Numbered from the stretch's first letter, positions 1-9,200 are shown. The stretch: DNA of 34,099 nucleotides from Deltaproteobacteria bacterium TL4 (GCA_051382335.1 JBBCAX010000154.1:1-34099); one strand, 5' to 3'. The notes: a model not told the origin generated them from the letters alone. Numbers and translations are program-made.

Positions 1-86
1 CCCAAAAATTAGTCATTCTTTAGCCATGAGTTGTTTTCAAAATGATCGGAAAAAAATTGGAGTGGACGTATTCAAGGAGGCGCAAC

Positions 87-317
87 ATGCTGGCAGTTAA
101 AGGAACTTATCAAGATGGGAAAGTTACGATTCAAGAGGTTATCCGGACTGTGAAACCAGTGGCGGTCATCGTGACCTTTCTGGAAGAAGTGACTGCCCCT
201 GCTGAGAAGAAGCTCAATCTGGAAAAGTTTTCATTCAAGCAATCCCAAAAATTATTGGAGGGTTATCATGGTTCATTAAGCGACGCTGTTGTGGAAGAAC
301 GCAGGAGCGCCCTATGA
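87..317 (+). CDS. Putative antitoxin (DUF104/AF2212-like, VapB-type) paired with a PIN toxin
   Basis: AGGAGG RBS just before ATG 87; N-terminus MLAVKGTYQDGKV and C-terminal LSDAVVEERR are typical of PIN-associated antitoxins; ATGA overlap with the PIN gene. Confidence 0.7.
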   Translation: MLAVKGTYQDGKVTIQEVIRTVKPVAVIVTFLEEVTAPAEKKLNLEKFSFKQSQKLLEGYHGSLSDAVVEERRSAL

Positions 318-505
318 TGGCCTTCTTGGATACGTCATCCTTGATTAAGCTGTATCATCATGAGGATGGCTCTGATTGGATCATGGAAACCCTCTCCCAT
401 AACAAGATTGAAGATATTTTTCTATCAGAACTGGCCATTCTGGAATTCCGTTCGGCGTTGTGGAAGAAAGTCAGGGTAAAAGAGCTGGAAGAACGGGTGT
501 TTTGA
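314..505 (+). pseudogene. vapC: Truncated PIN-domain (VapC) toxin, N-terminal half only
   Basis: FLDTSSLIKLY..E.GS and SELAILEFRSAL motifs; stops at 63 aa whereas VapC proteins are typically about 130-140 aa. Confidence 0.75.
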
Positions 506-667
506 CCCATTTAGGGGTAGATCGTCACAGAAAAGTGACATCGACCCGTAGCTACAAGGCTTTGTGAGGATTTTCAACTTCCAGAAATTGATTATGGATT
601 AAGTTTTTTACTGGAAGAATATTTAGGGACATACACGTTTTTAGGGAAAGCGTACCTAACTCGGGGT

Positions 668-901
668 GTGCATGAAACACTGCCGCCAGAGGAGGTATTG
701 CTGATATTTCAGGATATTCAGGAAGCGGTGCGGAAGGAAGGCGGACTGGATTATCTCCAAGTGTTCATAAAAGAGGGGACAATAGGCGATGGATACGAGA
801 ACAAAATTTTTGCCATTGACCAACTGAATGCGGAAATGAAGGCGAGTGGGGAGTTTTCACAGGAAGAGGATTACTGGACGATTCTTTTTGCGCATGAGTA
901 A
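668..901 (+). CDS. DUF960-like small protein of mobile elements, possibly 5'-truncated
   Basis: The frame is open from 539 and gives YLTRGVHETLP...DYLQVF...WTILFAHE, resembling the DUF960 pattern (T.GV...DY..F...T.L...EY). No ATG/GTG/TTG lies upstream of the TRGV motif. Confidence 0.45.
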   Translation: MHETLPPEEVLLIFQDIQEAVRKEGGLDYLQVFIKEGTIGDGYENKIFAIDQLNAEMKASGEFSQEEDYWTILFAHE

Positions 902-927
902 GGCATGGGGTGGCGTCAAATGATAGT

Positions 928-956
928 TTGTCGTTTGTGGGATGGGCTGGTATAAT
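928..956 (+). promoter_or_regulatory. Sigma70-type promoter of the antitoxin-pemK operon
   Basis: TTGTCG (928-933), 17-nt spacer ending in an extended -10 TGn, TATAAT (951-956). Confidence 0.6.
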
Positions 957-966
957 ATGGGGGAAT

Positions 967-1239
967 ATGAAAAGAATTCAAACGAGATCGGATATGGAAA
1001 CACAATTAGGGAAAAGCCAAATGGCGTTAGGCTTTATTCGTTTTTTAGCGAAGGAGGAAGGAGTATCCGTTGAGCAAATGTTGTCGGAAATCCAAGCTTT
1101 GATTCATCAAGAGCAAGATACGGTCATGGATGACGATGAAGATCAAAGTTTTTATCAAACTGCCATGCTTCATGCGCAAAGAGATATGGGGGATGACGAA
1201 ACGGAATACACATTAAAAGACGCTAAGCAAATCTTATGA
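967..1239 (+). CDS. Putative antitoxin of the PemK/MazF toxin (start 967 or 994)
   Basis: Small acidic protein with a helix-GxS-helix segment and C-terminal AQRDMGDDETEYTLKD; ATGA overlap with the toxin. Confidence 0.6.
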   Translation: MKRIQTRSDMETQLGKSQMALGFIRFLAKEEGVSVEQMLSEIQALIHQEQDTVMDDDEDQSFYQTAMLHAQRDMGDDETEYTLKDAKQIL

Positions 1240-1619
1240 TTACTCCTGGGCAGATACTCTTAATGGAATTCCCGCAATCGGATTTATCATCAGGGAAACT
1301 ACGCCCGGTACTCATTATCAAAGCGGTCAAAGGAGATTTTAAGGATTGGGTTGTATGTATGGTGTCCTCACAGGTAAGACAAGCGATACAAGGATTTGAT
1401 GAGATTGTTGTGTCTACAGATGGTGACTTTCCTGAATCAGGATTAAAGGTTGACAGTGTTATACGGGTTGGACGGTTGTTTACCGCGCATGAGAGTGTAT
1501 TTAAAGCTGTTATGGGCACTATTAGCCAAGAACGATTACAGCGTGTCCAAAATACACTTTCTACCTTTTTTAAGGCAGAACCCCTACCGGATAAGCTGGA
1601 TTTATCGGAAACGGATTAG
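1236..1619 (+). CDS. Type II TA PemK/MazF-family endoribonuclease toxin
   Basis: GQILLMEFPQSDLSSGKLRPVLII, CMVSSQ and SGLKVDSVIRVGRLFT motifs. Confidence 0.88.
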   Translation: MITPGQILLMEFPQSDLSSGKLRPVLIIKAVKGDFKDWVVCMVSSQVRQAIQGFDEIVVSTDGDFPESGLKVDSVIRVGRLFTAHESVFKAVMGTISQERLQRVQNTLSTFFKAEPLPDKLDLSETD

Positions 1620-1629
1620 CCAATAAAAA

Positions 1630-1884
1630 ATGGAAGCTATAGAATTAAATGATAAAGACTTTCAACGTCTGGAACATATAGCCGTTCTTTCAGGAAAATC
1701 AGTACAAGCACTGATGCACGAAGTTATTGAGCAACTTGAATCACGCATTGTAAATGGTCACAAACAAACGGCTGTTGTGGAAGAAATGAAGGAATGGTCT
1801 GACTTCTCCCTTTCCCAAGCGATGCGGGGAATGGAAGATGAACCTAAATCATACACTCTGGGCGATATTAAAACACGATACTAA
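1630..1884 (+). CDS. Second antitoxin-like protein (RHH-like N-terminus), paralogue of 967-1239
   Basis: RLEHIAVLSGKSVQALMHE helix pair; C-terminal EWSDFSLSQAMRGMEDEPKSYTLGDIK aligns ungapped with the upstream antitoxin. Confidence 0.6.
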   Translation: MEAIELNDKDFQRLEHIAVLSGKSVQALMHEVIEQLESRIVNGHKQTAVVEEMKEWSDFSLSQAMRGMEDEPKSYTLGDIKTRY

Positions 1885-1907
1885 CTGAGATTAACATTCT
1901 GACCATT

Positions 1908-1937
1908 TTGTACCTAATTCTCCAGAATTGGGTACAA
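1908..1937. repeat. 13-bp imperfect palindrome; one arm recurs at 2583-2594
   Basis: TTGTACCTAATTC-TCCA-GAATTGGGTACAA (12/13 complementary) between convergent genes; GAATTGGGTACA is repeated exactly at 2583-2594. Confidence 0.7.
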
Positions 1938-1943
1938 GATTCT

Positions 1944-2405
1944 TCATTCAACTGGTTCAGTGGATTTTGCCTTTTCACCACTAATAAGCCGTCTTCCATC
2001 CGCATCAATCACACAATTGATTAAACGTGCCAGACCACAAATAGCATAAGCCTTATCAGTCAAAAGTGATAAAAATATTGGTTTCATAGCATCCAAGGGC
2101 AATAACTTGGATAGTTCTTCAAGTTCTTTTTGTTTATCTTGGTCTCTATGATATTCATGTGCGTTGAGCCAATTTTTTACTGTTTCTTCTGAATTTATTA
2201 TCACATCGTTTAAACTGAGCACCATTTGAGATTGGAACCTCTTACCTTGGTATTGCTCTCGAAACCGGATTAGATCGGCTTTAATATTTTGATCATGCCC
2301 AAACTTTTTAATAAAAAGACCAGATACTTTATAAAACTCTGTTGATTCATCTTGTAGATACAAAGGCCTCAACACGTGAAGAAAAGACCAAATGTAGTCT
2401 ATCAT
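1944..2405 (-). pseudogene. Hypothetical protein, probably 5'-truncated; possibly HEPN-like helical domain
   Basis: The called ATG lies at the MITE boundary; contains FLHVLRPLYLQDE and WLNAHEYHRD. The family assignment is tentative. Confidence 0.45.
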
Positions 2406-2583
2406 AGGTGTTCGGGATTTTTATTATTTATAATCAGTTGGTTAAAATCCAGATTTCTGGGGTGTCCGTAAATGCCCGTTAAACAAGGATAAAAAATATC
2501 CGTGAATTACCGGTTTTAGAGACAATTATGAGGCGTCTCTCTAAGTACATGATTAAAAATATAAAAAATCCAGAACACCTATG
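2403..2583. mobile_element. MITE: 173-bp core (2407-2579) flanked by TA/TA, with 34-bp imperfect terminal inverted repeats
   Basis: 2403-2436 CATAGGTGTTCGGGATTTTTATTATTTATAATCA versus reverse complement of 2550-2583 CATAGGTGTTCTGGATTTTTTATATTTTTAATCA (30/34); no coding capacity. Confidence 0.8.
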
Positions 2584-2711
2584 AATTGGGTACATTATTT
2601 TTTTCTCATTGCCTAAGACTATGAAAAGGAAAATTAAAACGAAACAAAGCCGATGAAATTACAAACCAATTACTTAAAGAATACCATTCCTGAATTGGAA
2701 GCTTTCAATGA

Positions 2712-2810
2712 TGGCGGAGATACGTAGGAATCGAACCTACCTAGCGTAGTATTAGTACGCTACACGCGGTTTTGAAGACCGGGGAGACCACCAGTGCCCC
2801 ATGTATCTCC
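2712..2810 (-). tRNA. selC: tRNA-Sec (anticodon UCA)
   Basis: 8-bp acceptor stem GGAGATAC/GTATCTCC, G discriminator plus CCA, anticodon loop CTTCAAA, long variable arm TAGCGTA/TACGCTA, 5-bp T stem GTAGG-TTCGATT-CCTAC; 99 nt. Confidence 0.97.
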
Positions 2811-2831
2811 TTTGTTGTGAAGGGAGGAGGG

Positions 2832-2860
2832 AGTATAAAGCTGGAGTTACGAAATGTCCA
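2832..2860 (-). promoter_or_regulatory. Sigma70 promoter of selC
   Basis: Minus strand TGGACA-17 nt-TATACT followed by a C-rich discriminator, about 20 nt upstream of the tRNA. Confidence 0.65.
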
Positions 2861-3264
2861 GATCTCTCTTGAGCGAAGGGCACGAGCACAAGTCGTATAA
2901 ACCAGAGAGCGTTCCACAAAACACCAGTAAACAGGCAGATTGTCAACGGTACCTCTCCAAATGAGTTTCCCTAAGATCACTAAAACAATAAAAATTCCTA
3001 GAGGGGCTTTACGCCCTTATCACTCCTCAACTTTGCGTTAGCGACTCCAAAAATAGATATGTCTTTGCATTAGGCTCGAAATACGATATTCTTTGGCTAT
3101 TCACTCTAAATCCATTTGAATATTGCTTGAGCGACTACATGGAAAAGGTATCAAGGACACAAACATTAGAAGCTATTTTTGAGGGTAGTGCGTCCTAAGG
3201 AACCTTTAAAATTGCCGCGGAACAAGCGAGTTTGAATAACTGGTCGCTGTCTGGAAAAGGGTCT

Positions 3265-4134
3265 ATGAAACGGTTTTTATTGATAGTTATTGCGGGTTTA
3301 CTGATAGGCGTCAATTGGCAAATGACGGTTGTCGCCAATGAACAAGAACAAAAGGAATGGAAAAAAATCAATAATTCAATCATTGATTCTGATTATGAAG
3401 ATTATCTCTTTCTATTTCCCAAAAGCCCTTTTGTTGAACTTGCGCGAAGAAGACTTCATTCATTAATTCAAAACCAAAAGAACCAAACCACCCCAGCACC
3501 GGACATCATCCCACCCAATCAATCCGCTGAAAACGCCGTGGCACCTTGCCCTTTGTGCGATGGCTGGTCTGATTCAACCGGGGAAAATAATCTGCAATTA
3601 ATAGCTAAAGGCAAAGCCCGTTTTGAAACGTATTCGCAACAAAGCAAGGTCCGCTGTGTGGAAGAATTTAAAACCTGGTTCTTTGAGGAAAATCGAATGA
3701 TTTTTCAAGAGGGGCAGAAATATTGTTCAGACCGAACTCAACGTAGCAGGGAACAATTGGTTGTCACATTTTTAATAAAGAACCGGGACACCCTAGAATT
3801 AATTTCAGATCAAACCATTTCCTACGCACGTCAAACAAAATTAAAGATTGAACCACAATCTCAAACGAGCATCCCGCTGTTGTGTCTCAGTAAAACCTGT
3901 GTTGAGTCCAATAAATCAGACTGTCAGCGTTGGCAAATACAATTTCAATGTATTGAGTACACCTACCAAGGTACAAGTTGTGAGGATCAACTAGGACAAG
4001 AATGGAGTGAGCCCAGTTACTCTCTGGTAAAAAGCACCCCCCCAGAAAGCATGGCTGAATGTCGAGAAGTTTGTAAAAATGCCGAAACTCAACCCTTCGG
4101 CCCCCAATTCAAGGTCATCTGCCTCGCCCCCTAG
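3265..4134 (+). CDS. Secreted cysteine-rich hypothetical protein
   Basis: Signal peptide MKRFLLIVIAGLLIG; W...DYEDYLFLFPKSPFVELARRRL helical motif; 12 Cys in the mature part. Confidence 0.7.
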   Translation: MKRFLLIVIAGLLIGVNWQMTVVANEQEQKEWKKINNSIIDSDYEDYLFLFPKSPFVELARRRLHSLIQNQKNQTTPAPDIIPPNQSAENAVAPCPLCDGWSDSTGENNLQLIAKGKARFETYSQQSKVRCVEEFKTWFFEENRMIFQEGQKYCSDRTQRSREQLVVTFLIKNRDTLELISDQTISYARQTKLKIEPQSQTSIPLLCLSKTCVESNKSDCQRWQIQFQCIEYTYQGTSCEDQLGQEWSEPSYSLVKSTPPESMAECREVCKNAETQPFGPQFKVICLAP

Positions 4135-4140
4135 TTGAGC

Positions 4141-4175
4141 GGCACCCATCACAATGCTTGTTTCTGATGGGTGCC
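4141..4175. terminator. Hairpin between convergent genes, possible terminator
   Basis: Perfect 11-bp stem GGCACCCATCA/TGATGGGTGCC with a 13-nt loop; no clear U tract. Confidence 0.5.
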
Positions 4176-4217
4176 TATCGCGAAGGACGCGTTCCGGACA
4201 AGGGCGACTTTACAAAA

Positions 4218-5807
4218 TCAAAGTCTGATTTTTTTGACTCCGGTGATGTATTCTTGTTGACGCAGTTCTTCTATGGCCAGATCAGGGATATCGTCGTCAA
4301 CTAAAATCAAGGCCATCGCTTCTCCGCCTCTTTTATTACGAGCAAGTTCAAACTGATTGATGTTGACTTTATGTTTTCCAAGGATCGTACCAATCAGTCC
4401 AACCATTCCAGGACGGTCAACGTTGGAGGTCGCGAGAATCGTTCCTTCAGGCTGCACCGCAATTTCAAAGATGAAATCATTGACTAGGGTAATGCGTGGA
4501 TGAGGTCCACTAAAAACGACACCTCCGATTTTAAAGAGGCTTCCATCTTTTGAAGTCAAAATGCATTTCAAGGCACTTTCGTAGTCTTCAAACAAAGGGT
4601 CATCACTTTCTTTTACATGTAAACCGATACTCTTGGCACGTTGTTCCGCGTTCACATAGCTAACATAATCATAATCATTCGCCAGAAAGCCTTTCAGGAA
4701 GGCCAGCCTCAGCAAAGAGCAATCCTCTTTGGCAAGTGTTCCACGATACGACATTTCCAGTTGATGGGGAATATGATCCAAATATTGTGACGCGAAGATT
4801 CCAAGTTTTTCTGCCAAAACGGTGTAAGAGACCAATAAGTTCCCTTCAAGGATTTTCATTTGAGGCATGTTGACAGGGTAATCGACCACTTCGCCCCGAA
4901 GCGCTCTAGGCACTTGAATGGCAATGGTTTCAGCGACACGAATTTGCGCTTCCTCTGTTGAGGCTCCAATATGAGGGGTCATGACCACTTGCGGAAGAAA
5001 ACGGAATGGATTTTCAACAGGAGGCTCCTGATCCCAAGTATCAATTCCAGCCGCGGCAACTTTTCCAGATTTTAAGGCTTCAAGAAAGGCTTTTTCTTCA
5101 ATAAGTCCTCCACGAGCGATATTTAAGAGGATGACTCCGTCTTTCATCTGCGCAATAGTTTTCGCCTGAATCATTCCTGTGGTCTCTTTGTTTTTAGGTG
5201 TATGAATGGTAATAATGTCAGACTCTTGAATCAAAGTGTCCCAATCTGCTTTTTGGACTCGATTGTTTTCAAACACCTCATCCGCAATGTACGGATCATA
5301 AGCCAACACCCTCATATCAAAGCCACGCGCAAACTTGGCGACACGGTGTCCCACATTTCCGAGTCCAATAATTCCAAGGGTTTTATCCAACAACTCCGTC
5401 CCTTGGAAATGATGACGATTCCACTTGAGTTCACGCATACTGTTTTGGGCCTCAGGGATTTTTCTGAGAACGGCCAGCAGGACGCCCATCGTCAACTCTG
5501 CGGCGGAGTTTGTATTCTTACCAGGGGTATTGATGACCAGAATTCCTTTCTCGGTCGCATAATCGACATCAATATTCGCAATCCCTACGGCGGCCCGTGC
5601 TAAAACTTTAAGATTTTTACCCCTATCAATGAGTTCCTTATACAACGGTGTTTCTGATCGGGTAATGATGCAGTGGTAAGGTTCAATGATTTCCAGAATT
5701 TCACTCAAGGGCAAATCCGGCCTAAAATCCACTTCAAGATCCTGTGTATTTTTCAACATCTCCACCCCCTTGGAGTGAAGGGCACCTGTAATTAAAACTC
5801 GAAACAT
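4218..5807 (-). CDS. serA: D-3-phosphoglycerate dehydrogenase, long form with ASB and ACT domains
   Basis: GIIGLGNVG Rossmann motif, NIARGG, TPHIGASTEEAQ and C-terminal ACT (DRPGMVGLIGTILGKHKVNI); 529 aa. Confidence 0.95.
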   Translation of the reverse strand: MFRVLITGALHSKGVEMLKNTQDLEVDFRPDLPLSEILEIIEPYHCIITRSETPLYKELIDRGKNLKVLARAAVGIANIDVDYATEKGILVINTPGKNTNSAAELTMGVLLAVLRKIPEAQNSMRELKWNRHHFQGTELLDKTLGIIGLGNVGHRVAKFARGFDMRVLAYDPYIADEVFENNRVQKADWDTLIQESDIITIHTPKNKETTGMIQAKTIAQMKDGVILLNIARGGLIEEKAFLEALKSGKVAAAGIDTWDQEPPVENPFRFLPQVVMTPHIGASTEEAQIRVAETIAIQVPRALRGEVVDYPVNMPQMKILEGNLLVSYTVLAEKLGIFASQYLDHIPHQLEMSYRGTLAKEDCSLLRLAFLKGFLANDYDYVSYVNAEQRAKSIGLHVKESDDPLFEDYESALKCILTSKDGSLFKIGGVVFSGPHPRITLVNDFIFEIAVQPEGTILATSNVDRPGMVGLIGTILGKHKVNINQFELARNKRGGEAMALILVDDDIPDLAIEELRQQEYITGVKKIRL

Positions 5808-5863
5808 AAGGCTTCTCCGTTAATAGATAAACTAGTTTTTTTAAAAGTAGCATAAGCTTGGGT

Positions 5864-6166
5864 TTATTCAGTCATGGTACTTTTGAAAGGGGCAAACCAG
5901 GAATAGATTGCTTGGAGCGCAAGGACTTCAGCAAAGTTGTACACCACCTCTCCAATTAAGATAATCCACGAAATCCAGGTATGAAACAGTTCTACAAGAA
6001 TAATCCGTGAGATCTCGGTCACTTGCTGAGTATCTACTTTTTTAAGCGTTCGGACCACCCGGATGGATTTTTCATACAACTGTTTTAACAGTTCTTCTAC
6101 ATCGACATCAAGATTCATATTCACTACTTCAGTTTTGATGGTGATGGAGGGAATCGTCCCCTCCAT
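5864..6166 (-). CDS. Small hypothetical protein with a hydrophobic C-terminal half
   Basis: 100-aa ORF filling the gap between the carboxylase and serA on the same strand. Confidence 0.5.
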   Translation of the reverse strand: MEGTIPSITIKTEVVNMNLDVDVEELLKQLYEKSIRVVRTLKKVDTQQVTEISRIILVELFHTWISWIILIGEVVYNFAEVLALQAIYSWFAPFKSTMTE

Positions 6167-6211
6167 GTTTCAGTAAACTTGTATGCTCCGCTAACGACAC
6201 CCTCAGTAAAA

Positions 6212-9200
6212 TCAGGAAGAGGAACTCGGTTCAACCACAAACAGGAGATCTCCTTGACTCACCGTTTGTCCATTTTCTGCCATAACCCGTTTGACCTGAT
6301 AGCGTGGGGCGTTATAAAGATTTTCGCCGTCGCCGCTTTTGAAGGTTCCCAATGAGATCGTAGAAAATACTTTCATCGACTCTAACAGACACAAGGTACT
6401 TTTAGTATCAATTTCTTTTCCTTCCTCAACAAAGGGCCGTTCTGCGGGTCCATTAGAGCGAAAGAAATTCCCCATCCTTGGCGAAAGCACTTTTAACTCT
6501 TTACTTCCCGGAATTTGAATCCCTTCCGAATCAAGCGGGGGCGTTGAATTTCCAGAGAACTCTTTTGTTTTTTTGATCAAATCCGCGGGTTTGATGCGCT
6601 TTAAAAACCCTTTCAGAAAATTGGTGTCATAATCGCCATTAATAAACATCTCATCATTCAGAATCATTTGCATCAAGGCTTGATTGCTTGAAATTCCATG
6701 AACCCGAACTCTTCCCAAATATTCAAGCAAGCGTTGAATCGCCTCCTCCCTGTTGATGCCCCAGGCAATGATCTGTACAAGCATACTGTCATAAAAGGGA
6801 GAGACCACCGAGTTAGTCTCCACGGAAGTAATGACCCGGACATATTGTTCCTCAGGAAGAAAAAGTTCTGTTATTTTTCCGGGATCCGGCAAAAAGGCTA
6901 ACGTTCCCTCAGGCACTAATTCAACACGTTCCGCATTAATTCGCCACTCAATCGCATGGCCATTTTGAGGAATTTTCAGGTTTTTGATGGAGTGACCTTC
7001 TGCTATTTCAAACTGTTTACGAACCAAATCAATCCCGGTTACCATTTCAGAGACAGGATGTTCCACTTGCAAACGGGTATTCATTTCCATAAAGTAGATC
7101 TTGTGTTCATTGCAATCAAAGATAAACTCCGCCGTTCCCGCACCGATATAGTCGATATCGTGGATTAGCTTTTTGGTGTAGCGCTCCAAATCTTTCATAA
7201 TTTTCGGAGGAACCTCATAAGCTGTTTCTTCAATTATTTTCTGGAAATTACGTTGAATGGAGCAATCCCGGACGCCCAGGGTTTTCGCGTTTTTGTGAGT
7301 ATCTCTCAAGAATTGAACTTCCAGGTGCCTCATGGAAGTGATGAATTTTTCCAGGTAGAGATCCCCATTGCCGAAAGCATTGAAGGCTTCCCGGCTCATC
7401 CGTGAAAAAATGGAAACAAAATCCCTTCGTTCATGAACAACACAAATTCCTTTTCCGCCGCCGCCGTGAGCGGCCTTGATCAAGACAGGGAAACCGATTT
7501 CATCGGCAATACTCAAAGCGTGCATGGGATCCGTCAAAACCCCCTCACTTCCAGGGACGACGGGGATTTGTAAGCGTGTCGCGGTGGCAATGGCATTGGA
7601 TTTATTGCCCATAAGGTTCATGCTTAAAACCTTGGGACCCACAAAATTGAAACCATGCGAGCGACAAATCCGAGCATAAGCGGAAGACTCCGAGAGGAAC
7701 CCTATCCCGGGATGGATGGCGTCTACATTTTCCTGCTCAGCAACCCGAATCACACTCATGCCATTCAAATAGCTGTCTTGAGGGGAGTTCCCTCCAATAC
7801 AAACCAGCCGATCTTTCTCATTCAAGAGTTTTGCCGGGTAACCATCCATATCCGGATCCGACTGAACTAAAACCACATGGATCTCGGAATCATGTGCCGC
7901 TTGAATCAAACGAGCGGCCGTACATCCTCGCGCATGAATCAAAACGCTTTCAATTTTGTTCAAGTGAAAGTGTTGATCATCCGGTTCTTTCTTTTGCTGG
8001 GAGTCTTCCAGTTGTACAGGGGGTTTGTACTCCCCTGCCAATATTTTGGAAATCACCGTTTGCACGGTTAACCGGGCAATCGGAATTTCAGCATCAATTT
8101 GACTGAGACGCGCGTCAATATTTTCGTCAAAAGGGTTATGAACCAAACCCGCCATACTTCCAGAATTGGTTGACAGGTAGTTCGATAAAATCGCATTCAT
8201 GGGCAAGTGACTTTCCACAACCAGTTGTCCGGCAAAGGACATCATGGTTCCAGAGAAATAGTAACTATGAGCCAGAATATGTGTCATAAAACTGGCTTGT
8301 GCGCCTCCCATGCAATCACGGAAACCAAAACAAATAATGGGCAAGTCCCGATCCTTGACAAACCGTGTGATCCGGTCATTCATCACCGCCATTGAGAATA
8401 GCGCCCCAGGACCTTCCTTGGTTTGCATGCCCCCGGAGGAAATAAACATGATCACCGGGAGTTTTTGGCTAGCGCATTGAGTTAATAATTTACAGACTTT
8501 CTCACAGCTTGCCATATCAAAGGCACCTGCCTGAAACTGGGTATTACTAATCACCAAACCAACTCGGTTTCTCATGGTACCATCATGATAAGTGGCAATC
8601 CCCGTAATGGCACCGCAAGGTGCTATACCTTGATCCAGGGCCTGCTCAATGGAGGTTCGGAACCCTGGAAATTGAACAGGGTCCGCCGTCATCCGATCCG
8701 CGTAGAATTCACGGAAGTCCTCAAAAAATTGATCGATGATCATTTGGTGGGTGATCGTTTTCTGTTGTTTGTACTCATTGAGCATTTGTTGAATGAGCAA
8801 ATCTTTATACGCCCGGTCCAAGCGATTCCAGAAATCCTTGATCCCAATGTTCCTCGGTGTGATCTTGCCATAAAAATCAGCTTCATGGTTCTGTGCTCTG
8901 TAGAGTGCGGTCAGTAACCCTGAAAAATAATAACTCACCACCGCGAACAAGGGGGGGCTTAAGCGGGGGAATAAGACTTGCTTCCAATCACTGATGTTTC
9001 TCATGATTTGATCGCAATTCTGTTTGGCAATGAAACTGACCAGCCACTTGAAAAAACGTTGCCGGATCTCCTTGTCTTCGACTTTAAAGGAACTCGTTTT
9101 TAATTCTTGCATCGCCCGTTCAAAGGCATCTTCAAAAAGTATTTCCACAGACGCCTGTGAAATCTGATTGGTTCCCTTTAATTCTTCGGCTATGGTAATC

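Larger units (their letters stand above)
1..2711. mobile_element. Decayed accessory/genomic island adjacent to the 3' end of tRNA-Sec; other boundary lies outside the window
   Basis: Dense TA genes, gene fragments and a MITE in visibly AT-richer DNA, ending right at the CCA end of selC, a well-known integration hotspot. No integrase or duplicated tRNA 3' end is seen in the window. Confidence 0.6.

Noticed and set aside
42..86. Called N-terminal extension of the first antitoxin
   Set aside because: The AGGAGG RBS and family-like N-terminus point to ATG 87.
503..547. UGA of truncated vapC followed by a hairpin, as a possible Sec codon plus SECIS
   Set aside because: An in-frame TAG follows after two codons (TGA CCC ATT TAG), and the downstream sequence is not PIN-like.
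910..966. Called GTG start of the antitoxin
   Set aside because: The extension overlaps a near-consensus promoter (928-956); the start is more likely 967 or 994.
2741..2980. Two short minus-strand ORFs
   Set aside because: They overlap tRNA-Sec and its promoter and have no protein features.
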